Notes: a model not told the origin generated them from the letters alone. Positions 11,730 through 24,268 are shown, counted from the stretch's first letter. The stretch is 64,000 nt of DNA from Pristiophorus japonicus (GCF_044704955.1 NC_091978.1:259656001-259720000), one strand, 5' to 3'. Numbers and translations are program-made.

Positions 11730-14464
11730 ACACTCTACCTAAACACACGCAGCATTCAAAGTAAAGTAAATGAGTTGACGGCACAAATCATTACAAATGG
11801 GTATGATTTGGTGGCCATTACAGAAACGTGGTTGCAGGGTGCCCAAGACTGGGAATTAAACATACAGGGGTATCTGACGATTCGGAAAGATAGGCAAGAA
11901 GGGAAAGGAGGTGGGGTAGCTCTGTTAATAAAGGATGATATCAGGGCAGTTGTGAGAGATGCTATTGGCTCTAATGAACAAATGAATCATTGTGGGTGGA
12001 GATTAGAGATAGTAAGGGGAAAAAGTTACTGGTGGGCGTAGTTTATAGGCCCCCAAATAATAACTTCATGGTGGGGCGGACAATAATCAAGGGAATAATG
12101 AAGGCATGTGAAAAAGGAACGACAGTAATCATGGGGGATTTTAACCTACATATTGATTGGTCAAATCAAATCGCACGGGGTAGCCTTGAGGAGGAATTCA
12201 TAGAATGCATACAGGATTGTTCCTTAGAACAGTATGTTACAGAACCTACAAGGGAGCAAGCTATCTTAGATCTGGTTCTGTGTAATGAGACAGGAATAAT
12301 AAACGATCTCCTTGTAAAAGATCCTCTCGGAATGAGTGATCACTGTATGGTTGAATTTGTAATACAGGTTGAGGGTGAGGAAGTAGTGTCTCAAACGAGC
12401 GTACTATGCTTAAACAAAGGAGACTACAGTGGGATGAGGGCAGAGTTGGCTAAAGTAGACTGGGAACACAGACTAAATGGTGGCACAATTGAGGAACAGT
12501 GGAGGACTTTTAAGGAGCTCTTTCATAGTGCTCAACAAAAATATATTCCAGTGAAAAAGAAGGGCGGTAAGAGAAGGGATAACCAGCCGTGGATAACCAA
12601 GGAAACAAAGGAGAGTATCAAATTAAAAACCAATGCGTATAAGATGGCCAAGGTTAGTGGGAAACTAGAAGATTGGGAAAATTTTAAACGACAGCAAAGA
12701 ATGACTAAGAAAGCAATAAAAAAAGAAAAGATAGATTCCGAAAGTAAACTTGCGCAAAACATAAAAACAGATAGTAAAAGCTTTTACCGATATATAAACG
12801 GAAAAGAGTGACTAAAGTAAATGTTGGTCCCTTAGAAGATGAGAAGGGGGATTTAATAATGGGAAACGTGGAAATGGCTGAGACCTTAAACAATTATTTT
12901 GCTTCGGTCTTCACAGTGGAAGACACAAAAACTATGCCAGACATTGCTGGTCACGGGACTGTGGGAAGGGAGGACCTTGAGATAATCACTATCACTAGGG
13001 GGGTAGTGCTGGACAGGCTAATGGGACTCAAGATAGACAAGTCCCCTGGTCCTGATGAAATGCATCCTAGGGTATTAAAAGAGATGGCGGAAGTTATAGC
13101 AGATGCATTCGTTATAATCTACCAAAATTCTTTGGACTCTGGGGAGGTACCAGCGGATTGGAAAGCAGCTAATGTAACGCCTCTGTTTAAAAAAGGGGGC
13201 AGACAAAAGACAGGTAACTATAGGCCGGTGAGTTTAACATCTGTAGTGGGGAAAATGCTTGAAGCTATCATTAAGGAAGAAATAGTGGGACATCTAGATA
13301 GGAATAGTGCAATCAAGCAGACGCAACATGGATTCATGAAGGGGAAATCATGTTTAATTAATTTACTGGAATTCTTTGAGGATATAACGAGCATGGTGGA
13401 TAGAGGTGTACCAATGGATGTGGTGTATTTAGATTTGCAAAAGGCATTCGATAAGGTGCCACACAAAAGGTTACTGCAGAAGATGAAGGTACGCGGAGTC
13501 AGAGGAAATGTATTAGCATGGATCAAGAATTGGCTGGCTAACAAAAAGCAGAGAGTCGGGATAAATGTGTCCTTTTCGGGTTGGAAATCAGTGGTTAGTG
13601 GTGTGCCACAGGGATCGGTGCTGGGACCACAACTGTTTACAATATACATAGATGACCTGGAGGAGGGGACAGAGTGTATGTAACAAAATTTGCAGATGAC
13701 ACAAAAATTAGTGGGAAAGCGGGTTGTGTAGAGGACACAAAGAGGCTGCAAAGAGATTTAGATAGGTTAAGCGAATGGGCTAAGGTTTGGCAGATGGAAT
13801 ACAATGTCGGAAAATGTGAGGTTATCCACCTTGGAAAAAAAACAGTACAAGGGAATATTATTTGAATGGGGAGAAATTACAACATGCTGCGGTGCAGAGG
13901 GACCTGGGGGTCCTTGTGCATGAAACCCAAAAAGTTAGTTTGCAGGTGCAGCAGGTAATCAGGAAGGCGAATGGAATGTTGGCCTTCATTGCGAGAGGGA
14001 TGGAGTACAAAAGCAGGGAGGTTCTGCTGCAACTGTACAGGATATTGGTGAGGCCACACCTGGAGTACTGCGTGCAGTTTTGGCCACCTTACTTAAGGAA
14101 GGATATACTAGCTTTGGAGGGGGTACAGAGACGATTCACTAGGCTGATTCCAGAGATGAGGGGGTTACCTTATGATGATAGATTGAGTAGACTGGGTCTT
14201 TACTCTTTGGAGTTCAGAAGGATGAGGGGTGATCTTATCGAAACATTTAAAATAATGAAAGGGATAGACAAGATAAAGGCAGAGAGGTTGTTTCCACTGG
14301 TCGGGGAGACTAGAACTCGGGGGCACAGCCTCAAAATACGGGGGAGCCAATTTAAAACCGAGTTGAGAAGGAATTTCTTCTCCCAGAGGGTTGTGAATCT
14401 GTGGAATACTCTGCCCAAGGAAGCAGTTGAGGCTAGCTCATTGAATGTATTCAAATCACAGTAG
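11730..14464 (+). pseudogene. CR1 ORF2 (endonuclease and reverse transcriptase), frameshifted
   Basis: [24 protein letters not shown] and FADDTK motifs spread over several frames. Confidence 0.9.
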
Positions 14465-16096
14465 ATAGATTTTTAACCAATCAGGGAATTAAGGGTTACG
14501 GCGAGCGGGCGGGTAAGTGGAGCTGAGTCCACGGCCAGATCAGTCATGATCTTGTTGAATGGCGGAGCAGGCTCAAGGGGCTAGATGGCCTACTCCTGTT
14601 CCTAATTCTTATGTTCTTATGTTCTATACTGCTCAAGGAACCCGTCCCTTATGCACTCTATGAACTCTTAAAGGCTACCCAGACAAATTGGATTTGTCCA
14701 ATCAATATGGAGATTAAAATCACCCATGATTGTTGCTGTACCCTTTTTACAAGCCCCCACTATTTCCTGGTTTATACTCCGACCAACAGAGTTGCTACTG
14801 TTAGGGGGCCTATATACTGCACCCACCAGTGACTTTTTCACCTTTTTAGTCCTTATCTCCACCCAAATTGTTTCAACATCCTGATCATTTGAGCCAATAT
14901 CGTTTCTCACTATTGCAGTGATTCCATCCTTTATCAATAAAGCTACCCCAGCTCCTTTTCCTTTCTGTCTGTCCTTCCAGATTGTCAAATACCCCTGAAT
15001 ATTTAATTCCCAGTCCTGGTCACCTTGCAACCTCGTCTCTGTAATTGCTATTAGATCATACCCATTTGTATCTATTTGTGCCGTCAACTCATCTATTTTG
15101 TTATGAATGCTACGTGCATTTAGAAAAAGTGTCTTTAAATTTGGGGCTAGACTTTCCACTTCACATTGCTGGAACATCACCCATATATCGCCCAAAAGGG
15201 CCTGCTATCGCCCATTTTGACCAAAAAGTGGAAATTCAGGCTGGAACATCGCCGGGAAATTATCCCCCCAACTTTCGGCTCACATTGCCGAGCTGAGCGC
15301 TGAAGTGATTGCCCGCACATCGCCCAGTGCAACTTGCGGCACATCGCCGGACTGATCGCTCGCCGAGAACATCACTGGAGAATAGTTGCTTTTCTTGGCC
15401 CTTCCTCACAGAACTGGGCACTACAGATGCCATTTTGAATTTCGGAGGAAGGGAGTCGGCAGCTAAAAAACTCGAGCTAATAAATTGAGAGTTATTTAAG
15501 GGTCTTTTACAGATAGATCCACTCACATTTATACATATTTAATTATACTGATATTAGCTTCATAGATTAGGCATTTTTTTAACTAAAAAGTGCATTTATA
15601 GCAAGTGAAAATAATATTATTGATAGTGATGGGGCCTATGGCTTCTCTGCCATTACTCGTAACTGCTCACACGCTGGCTTCTGAAAGGATCAATCGAAGA
15701 AGTGGCAGAGTAATGCGGAGACAGAGGAGACGAACGTACAGCCAACGAAGGTACAAAGAAAAGCAATCTTCCTAAACTTGTCTGAAAATGCATGTCTTAG
15801 GAGGCTGTGCTTCCAGAAGGAGGTCATCAATGAGATATGCCAGCTCATGAAGGGGGATCTGCAGCCTTCCAGCACCATCAGAATCGCTCTGCCCGTTGAG
15901 GTAAAGGTTACTGCGGCACTATCCTTCTATGCATCTGAATGATTTCAAGCTTCAGCTGGCAACATCTGTGGTATATCGCAGGATGAACTTTAAAAACTTC
16001 TCTATGACCAGGGAGGCACAGACCGGGAGGGCTTTGGGTTTTTCGAGAATAGCAAACTTCCCCAAGGTGCAGGGAGCAATAGATTGCACGCACATC

Positions 16097-17478
16097 GTCT
16101 GTCAGCTTGCCGTCCTGACCAGAGCAGTTTTGAGTCGCTCCCATTCCCTGATTCTCGGCCTTGGATTTATTAATCAGGGTGTGATAAAGTGCAGCAGACA
16201 ACTGTTTTGTACAAAGAAGGTTCGGGTTTTATTCAAGAAAATAAATAGCACAAATACACTCCAATAAAACTGTAAAATCTTACAAAAAAAAGGTTCTAAA
16301 CAATGGGGAATAATTTATTACAGGTAATAAACACAACAGAAATACCTACCACCTCCCACTTACTCTCTAACTAGGTCAAACTAGGGCTCCAGGGATTTAT
16401 GCTCACCAGATCCTTCCTTTGACAGCTAGGGCTGTTTCGCAGTTTGGGGATTCTTTGGTTATAGCCAGTTTGCCTTGCCGTACCCCGGACGTGGTAGAAG
16501 ATCTCTGCTGCGTATTGAAGCCAGTTGGGGTGAGTCCGCTGATGTGGTTAGACGCGTTTTGGATTTATCTCTGGTGAGTACCCAATTCTCTTTGTTATCA
16601 CTAGGGTTTTAAGTTCTTTAGGTAATTTTTACCCGCTGGATAGTCTAGGCACAGATTGTAGTGTGGAAAACTTGCGTGGACCCCGGTTTTCTTGGTGGTT
16701 GATTTTCCTGGTTGGTTTTGTTGGTTGCGATGGTCCAGTTGATGGCTGTTACCAAGTCAGTTGGTATTGATGTTCCACTGATTGGTTTTTGAACTTTTTT
16801 CTGATGTCGCGATGTTTCTTCCTGTGTTTTCTCACTGTGTGCTCTCGATCTTGATCTTGTCGTTCCAAAGTAATGGTCAGAATAGTTCTTTTGGTACGAT
16901 AGGCCCTCAGTTATACTCTGAGAGGCTGCTTAATCTTCACGTTTCTTTTGTTTAAGTTTTGACGGGCTAGCTAACTGAAACTTGATTAAATGTTTTAATC
17001 TGGCGTGGATAGACTTTGGGATCGCGGTACTCCTTATTTATGAGCTGATGGGCTCTTGTCCATTGTAGTAGCACTGCTTTGGCTTCGGGAAGACTGGGCT
17101 GAGTCAGATATTTCTATGCATGTTGAAAAGGTGTTGGAATATTTGGGTCCTGTAGGCGGGGTGGATAATGTTTCTTCCGTGGTCGATTGTTTAAATACTA
17201 ATGTTTTCTGGGAGCCTGACTATGGTTAAACAGCTCCCCCAGACAAACTGATTAGCTACAATATCTAAATTCTAAAGGTAAAGGTTGATCCCACAGTCTC
17301 TGCAGCTTTTCCTCACAGCCCCAAACATGCCTTTTAAAATCCCAAACTTGATTAAGACTCGTAGATTTCTTCCATATGCATTTTAGGATCCTAAATCTTC
17401 TGTTTAATAGGCCCAATCGAATTTCCTTTTCAGTGAGTCCAAACACTGGGGAGTTTCCATGAATTTTGGAATCTTACA
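16097..17478 (-). repeat. 3' LTR (last ~15 bp deleted)
   Basis: Starts TGTAAGATT after purine tract AAATGGGGGGAC; direct repeat of 23014-24268; two AATAAA near its end. Confidence 0.88.
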
Positions 17479-17832
17479 GTCCCCCATTTAACACTCTTCG
17501 CCACAGACTGTCATCTTAAGTGAAAACCTTCCTTGATATATACCTAGCTAAACCCAAACGTACATTCCCCTTTGAAATGTATTGCTACTTACAGGTAAAT
17601 TCAGTCATTCCAATTACATTACAGCATAGAGGGGGTCCAACGCCCCTCCATTACTCCAGTTTCATAAAAAATACACAGTAAAATACACATAGTACAAACT
17701 TTGTACAACACTTGACCTCTGCGCTTTTCTAGCAGGTGGAATCTAAACCGGACCTCACCATGTGACTGTGATTTTATTGCAGCGTTCTATCATATTTTGT
17801 GTTTTCCTCCCTGATACAATCCTTAAGTTCAG

Positions 17833-20124
17833 CTAGGGCTCGTCCAGCAACCTCTGGTGCTGGGATCGACGACCTCTGCCCCTCACCCTGCAGGTAGTAC
17901 ACCATAAATAAAGAATAATCACGAGCTGGCAGATAACTAAAACGTGGGAAGCTATTCTGATCCAGGGAGGGACCTTTATATTTCTGACAATATTCCACCA
18001 GGGTGGAACGGTGATATCCGAAATTTCGCCCCCTATCTCAACTGTTTTTTGCTCTAGACTATAGAAATGTTTCTTTGATACTTCTACAGCTTTCAGTAGG
18101 GCGGTTAAATGTTTAGGTTTCATATCCAAAGTGTGCAACGTAATCTTATAAATTTGTGAAATTGTTATTTACAGTGAGGCGACTAGTGGAAGGTTCAGGA
18201 ATGGGAACAATCCATTCTTGGGCCACTTGAACTTCCGCCTCGGGTTTAAAACAAAAACTGCTTTCACTCACCGGACACCAAATGTGTTGTCCATGTTGGT
18301 AGTGGGGCGCACTTGTGGTGACACAATATGTCCCACCTCCTATATATACTACCTGTGGAGGAACATGGTCTTATGCCTTTACCTCCATGGTACAGTTGAT
18401 AGGCTGTGCGCCAGCAGCTTTAAACCCACATTGTGGTCTGGAGTAGGTGTTCAAGTGCTGGGGGCACAGTATTATGTGTGCGCCCAGGCTCCGGCACCCG
18501 GAGAGGTCAGTACCCGTCATCGTGTGCTCCCACTTTATAACATAGGGTGGGACCACAGTGAAATGAACATATGCACCTCCTTGAATGATCTCAATATTCT
18601 CCACCCTCTATACCAGCGCGGGTCGGGCTGCCCAACCCATAACCAGCATCCTTACAACTATGGTATGGTTGGACCGCCCACAATCTACTGGGATAGGGTA
18701 GGCTTCAGAAGCTAGACGGAGCTGACACGGACTCAACAAATTGCTATACGGATGGAGGGTTGCGAGGTGCTTGTTGCTGATCCAAGCGGGGACTTGGCCT
18801 TGCTTTAGATCTTCTAGGTTGCTGCGGCCCTCGCCCAGCAACCATGCCCCATATAGCACACACACCTTATTCCTCGCAGCCTGATCTGAGGCATTCCTAT
18901 CCTCCCGTATAAGTGCATTTACTGTTTTTCCGTGTCTTTCCAACTCAGCAATAATCTCTTCTAAATGGACCATCATAGCCTGGTCCTCGTGTAGCTCTGA
19001 GCCTACCACAGTGTTCTCTTCCCTTCGGATTTTCCGTAGTTGGTTTTTTAGACCATTTATTTGCATTTACAGTTCCATATCGTCTGTGCTATTTATCACA
19101 GAGGATCCTGTATTATATGCAGTGAAAATATCATTACAGGTTCCCCTCCTTTGTCTTCCTGTGCCCATAGTGCTCCCAGCGTATATTGTGTATAAATCCT
19201 CTTTGTCTACGTTGGCAAAATATAATTCGTAAAATTTCCTGAACATTTCTCTGAGTAGGGCCTGGTAGAGCTGCTCTGTCTCCTTCGGGCACCATGCAGG
19301 TAAGTGTACTTCTGTAAGGTTTAAGATGACTGAAGCTACTGCATAGTGTACCCCCACCCCCGGTATAATACCTTTTCGGTTGGTACTAACACTAACCCAT
19401 TACCTGGTCCCTTGGTGGTGGAAGGACACCTCTCTATCACTATCCGTACTGTCGGGGTCGTGGGCAGGGGCTTTCTGGTGCACGAGTTCTGTGGCGTTGA
19501 CTGGGATCGGGGGATATGCTTCCAAGCTCTGATTCCAGCCCATCCCCTCCCTGTCATCCTGCCAGTGCCTCGCAAACACAATGGATATGCCTGCGGGACA
19601 AACCCTCTCTGACCCCCACATGCATACATAGATCCCCTGTTCAGACTCCCACCACTTATCCCAATACACACTCACTCCCCCCTGGGTCCCCGTGATCGTC
19701 TGGTAGGTGTCATTCCCCAGTCGTTCCCAGTCGGCTCTATGGTCCCCCGTGTCCTTGCTCAGCTTCCTGAGCCACCACCACCTATCCAGAGGAATCTGCC
19801 CCTTACATGTCAAACACACTCGTTTCTCCTCAGTGACACTGACCCATGCTGCAACGACCGGTACCCTGGGGCATGGGATGGAGGCCTCCCCGTAGGTGAG
19901 CCCGGACTGGCTGGAGTATCGGGTAGATTTGGAACCCAGCCATCCTGGCCAAATCCCCTCGTGGAAGTAGGCGGCGACTTCCTCCACACTGGTGTACCAC
20001 CTCCAGCAGTAACAGTGGGTACTCTTCCTCCTGAGTACCCAAAGATACGAGATTCCTCGATGTCACCTCTGTGACCCGCATTCGCCCCCATTAGGGCGAG
20101 CAGAAGCAAGGCCCCTCTCATCAT
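17833..20124 (-). pseudogene. Envelope/fusion glycoprotein (about 760 codons, with stops and frameshifts)
   Basis: Signal peptide MMRGALLLLALMGANA; ORFs 19400-19987, 19067-19357, 18608-19066 and 18371-18604 share one frame; RQRR site; heptads; Cys-rich region; TM IASHVLVICQLVIILYLW. Confidence 0.82.
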
Positions 20125-20881
20125 TCGGTTCCTTCACTGTAGGGACACAAAATAGATAGCCTTGCTCTTGAGAAAAACAGTTCTCTGGCTTGGCAAAGGT
20201 GATCCAGTTCTACAATCTTAAACTTACTTCTACAAATAACACAAATTCTAAAACTGAAACTACCAAAAATCTTAAAACACACTTAAATCAGAAATTCTAT
20301 GTACATCCTCCACCAGTCTCTGGGCGGCCAGGCTAATTCCTGTTCGGCCTCTGCCTTGTGCGGCCTCTGGGTGTAAGGTGGCCTGTACCTTAGAACTCGG
20401 AGAGTTCTTTCCATGGTAGCTGGGGCCTTTCCCGAGTCCCAGATGATCAGGGAATAACCCCCCCTGTGCCCCCTTCTATGTAGCTGCTGAGTCTATGTCC
20501 TGCCCTGTGGGTTCCGCGCAGCCTGAGGCCGCAGGCTGGGGACCCTTGTCGTTCTCTTGGCCCACCGCTACCTCTCCTCACCGTTGAAGGCTGCAGGCTG
20601 GGGATCCCTATCCCTAGAATGATCCTTGATCTTGGGCATTCTTTTTCGGGCTGAACCACTGAAACTGGGGTGCTGGTGACCATGGTGTCTTTGGCCCTGG
20701 TGTACGGGGAGTCCTTCTTAGGGCTCCGGCTACTGGAGGTGCGTCCAAGTCCCAAACAATTGGTGGGATAGCCCCTCCAGTAATACAATTCACTGCCCCC
20801 ATCTGTACGGTCTGTGAGCCTGCAGCGTCCCCTGTGGGCCTTCCACAGTCGGAGGCTGCTGGCTGAGGATCCCTGTCCTAA

Positions 20882-21074
20882 AACCCCACTAAGCTGTATG
20901 GGACTCCGTTAGACAGAGGTGAGGTGGCGGGGTTATCTGCATAGACGAGAGTGCTTGATGCTCTGGTATCCAGCAGATAAGTCCCCTTCACCTTCTCCAC
21001 CTCCAGCTGAACACCCGGTCTCTTCCATGTATCCTACTCAGGGGACACAGGTAGAGAGGCTGCGCCGGTTCTAG
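20882..21074 (-). pseudogene. Retroviral aspartic protease N-terminal half
   Basis: RPGVQLEVEKVKGTYLLDTRASSTLVY (decayed DTG motif); homology ends abruptly at about 20882. Confidence 0.7.
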
Positions 21075-22996
21075 TCATTGGTCAGTGTTGGATGGGGTGG
21101 ATGGGGTTTCCCTCCCGATAGCCGTAGCTACCTTCCCTGGGCCACCCAATACAGACCAGAGCGCGGCTACGATCTCCTCGAAGAAAGAGGGAGAGTTCTG
21201 CGCTCCGGGTCCGGCCTTTTGGGCAGGTGCTGGGGGTTCCTTAGCTATGTTATCCTTCCAAGGGTTCCTACAATCCTTTCTCCAATGCCCACGTTTCCCA
21301 CACCCAAAGCAGTTACGCTTGGTATTGGAAGAGATACCCCCTTCCTGGTGCCATTCCCACTTTGCTTGGTGGGGCTTTAACTCATGTACCCCCCCCCCCT
21401 TGGGTGGGTTCTCCTCCGTCCCTCGGCTATTCCTAAAACATAGAAACATAAACATAGAAACATAAAGCCAGGGTTAGTTGCCTAACCAGGGTCTCCTCGA
21501 TAGCCTGGGGGTCTCTGGAGTCAAACCAGAGCTCTGCTTTGGCCTTTATCCTTGGAAGGCTGTTTGCCACCAGGATACAGAGCCAGCGAACCCACTGGTC
21601 TCCGACGATGTTATCCCGATTTAAGCTCCCACTACAGGCGCTCTGGAAGACAGGCCACAGCCTGTCTGTGAATGCCTGCGGGATCTCTACTGCAAGATGC
21701 AGTGGCCTCTCCACTCGGGAAAACGGGCTGCCATCGTTGAGACCCATAGCCTTCAGGATTTCTTCCTGGATGGCCGTAAATGTACTTTGCCCCCTCTTGG
21801 TGTTTGTGGAGAGGGACTGGTACAATCTGCTGTCGATGGAAAACAATAGCATTTTGGCCATTTTGGCGTCATTGTAACCGTTTATCCCCCTCACCTGTTC
21901 CACCTCCATGAAGTAGACCGAGGGGTCCCCTTTGTGAGTGAGCTTACCCAGGTGGCTTACCATAGCCCTAAGCTGTTGGGTGCCATGGGGAACCACGAAG
22001 TGACCTTCAAGGGGCCACTGGCCCCCACCACTGTCGGGCGGGCCAAACCTTTGCTGCCGGATCGGGCACATTGGCCCCAATCCCGGCCCTTCTCGCATTG
22101 GCTCGCCCACCTCTCCCTGCTGCCAAACCGAGCTAAAACCCAGCACCACAGGTGGTGATGGTCCGCAATCCCTGCCCGCCTCACAAATCATTCGCCCTTC
22201 CTGCTGCCGAACCAGGTCCAACCCCGGCGCCACAGGTAGTGGTCGAAAGTCTCTCCCCGCTCGTCCCTCCTGCTTTCCAACCGGGTCATTCCCCGGCGCC
22301 ACAGGTGGCAATTGAACGGTTTTCCCTGCTCTTCCAGGTCCACCTGGGCTTATTAGGCATACCGTGCCTTTAGCCTTGGACAGAGCAAGGTTCAGACTAT
22401 TTAATTGTTGCTGGCAGGGGGTGTGGTCTCCCGACTCAAACCCCCTAGTGCTTGCTACTGTGTAAGCTGCCTGGACGTCTCTCAATCTCTCCTCCTGCTC
22501 TTTACTTATCTTGGTGAGGTGGGCGTTTTCTCCCCGCAACACCAGTTCTTGACCCTTCGCTTCGGTGACCTGGCACTGAAGGTAATCCTGGCGGTTTCTA
22601 TGTGTTTCCACTAACTATAGTTTTCCTTGCTTTGGCTTGCCTAACTCCTTAAATAATCTCTTCCCCCATGATAGCTCTGGCACTCGAGCATTCCTCGGAC
22701 TCCCTGAGGTCTGACTCCAGCGACTCGACTTTCTTGTCCAATTGCTGGACCTGACATTGTAGGCAGACTAACCATATTGCTTTCTCCACAGAGCGCTTAT
22801 GGTCCTTACTCTCAGTCCATTTGGCTGCAGCGTCCACAGGACGCTTAGTGCGCAATAGGTTCAGTACCCATTTCTTTGTTATATTGACTTTCTTGAATAT
22901 GTAAGAGGAAATCCTCTCTTCCATTTTGCTTCTTTCTTCAAAAACAGTGTCTACTGCATCACACCCTTTTGACCAAGCTCCTGGCTGGCTCGCCAT
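21075..22996 (-). pseudogene. gag (coiled coil, capsid-like region, CCHC knuckle)
   Basis: CFGCGKRGHWRKDC zinc knuckle; three successive minus-strand ORFs between PBS and protease. Confidence 0.85.
22978..22995 (-). promoter_or_regulatory. Primer-binding site, tRNA-Arg(ACG)
   Basis: TGGCGAGCCAGCCAGGAG is complementary to the 3' 18 nt of vertebrate tRNA-Arg(ACG); lies 3 nt after the LTR end ...CCTACA. Confidence 0.88.
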
Positions 22997-22998
22997 TC

Positions 22999-24268
22999 TG
23001 TAGGGGGTGGTGGGTCTGTCAGCTTGCCTTCCTAGCCAGAGCGGTTTTGAGTCGCTCCCACTCCCTGATTCTCGACCTTGGATTTATTAATCAGGATGTG
23101 ATAAAATGCAGCAGACAACTGTTTTGTACAAAGAAGGTTTGGGTTTTATTCAAGAAAACAAATAGCACAAATACACTCCAATAAAACTGTAAAATCTTAC
23201 AAAAAAAGGTTTGCCTTGCCGTACCCCAGACGTGGTAGAAGACTTCTGCTGCATATTGAAGCCAGTTGGGGTGAGTCCGCTGATGCAGTTAGACGCGTTT
23301 TGGATTTATCTCTGGTGAGTACCCAATTTTCTTTGTTATCAATAGGGTTTTAAGTTCTTTAGGTAATTTTTACCCGCTGGATAGTCTAGGCACAGATTGT
23401 AGAGTGGACCCCAGTTTTCTTGGTGGTTGATTTTCCTGGTTGGTTTCATTGGTTGCGGTGGTCCGGTTGATGGCTGTTACCAAGTCAGTTGGTATTGATG
23501 TTCCACTGATTGGTTTTTGAAGTTTTTTTTTCCGATGACGCGATGTTTCTTCCTGTATTTTCTCACGGTGTGCTCTCGATCTTGATCTTATCGTTCCGAA
23601 GTGATGGTCAGAATAGTTCTTTTGGTACGATAGGCCCTCAGTTATACTCTCAGAGGCTGCTTAATCTTCATGCCAAATCTAACATTTCTTTTGTTTAAGT
23701 TTTGCTGCCCATTGATTTTAAGTGGTCTTCTTTGTTTAAGTTTTGACGGGCTAGCTAACTGAAACTTGATTAAATGTTTTAATCTGGCGTTGATAGATTT
23801 TGAGATCATGGTACTCCTTATTTATGAGCTGATGGGCTCTTGTCCATTGTAATAGCACTGCTTTGGCTTCGGGAAGACTGGGCTGAGCCAGATATTTCTA
23901 TGCATGTTGAAAAGGTGCTGGAATATTTGGGTCCTGTGGGTGGAGTGGATAATGTTTCTTCCATGGTCGATTGTTTAAATGCTAATGTTTTCTGGGAGCC
24001 TGACTATGGTTATACAGCTCCCCCAGACAAACTGATTAGCTACAATATCCAAATTCTAAAAGTAAAAGTTGATCCCACCCCTCTGTCTCTGCAGCTTTTC
24101 CCCAAAGCCCCAAACATGCCTTTTAAAATCCCAAACTTGATTAAAACTCATAGATTTCTTCCATATGCATTTTAGGATCCCAAACTTGCTGTTTAATAGG
24201 CCCAAATCGAATTTTCTTTTCAGTGAGTCCAAACACTGGGGGGTTTCCACGAATTTTGGAATCTTAAA
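22999..24268 (-). repeat. 5' LTR
   Basis: Direct repeat of 16097-17478 with indels; ends in CA next to the PBS; initial TG mutated to TT. Confidence 0.88.

Larger units (their letters stand above)
10045..14624 (+). mobile_element. Near full-length, young CR1 LINE (chimeric)
   Basis: ~70-bp tandem 5' UTR repeats, ORF1, APE-RT ORF2, (TTCTTATG)n tail; ATAC at both junctions. Confidence 0.92.
16097..24268 (-). mobile_element. Endogenous retrovirus-like LTR element (gag, truncated pro, env; pol deleted)
   Basis: Direct repeats of ~1.3 kb, PBS, PPT, CCHC gag, aspartic protease remnant, env with signal peptide, furin site and TM. Confidence 0.9.

Noticed and set aside
16100-24268. Plus-strand LTR element (TGTCAG...CTTACA with a G-rich tract at 23001-23016)
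   Set aside because: PBS, ORFs, PPT and poly(A) signals are all on the minus strand; the true LTR end is 22999, and a small deletion at ~16097 explains the missing TSD
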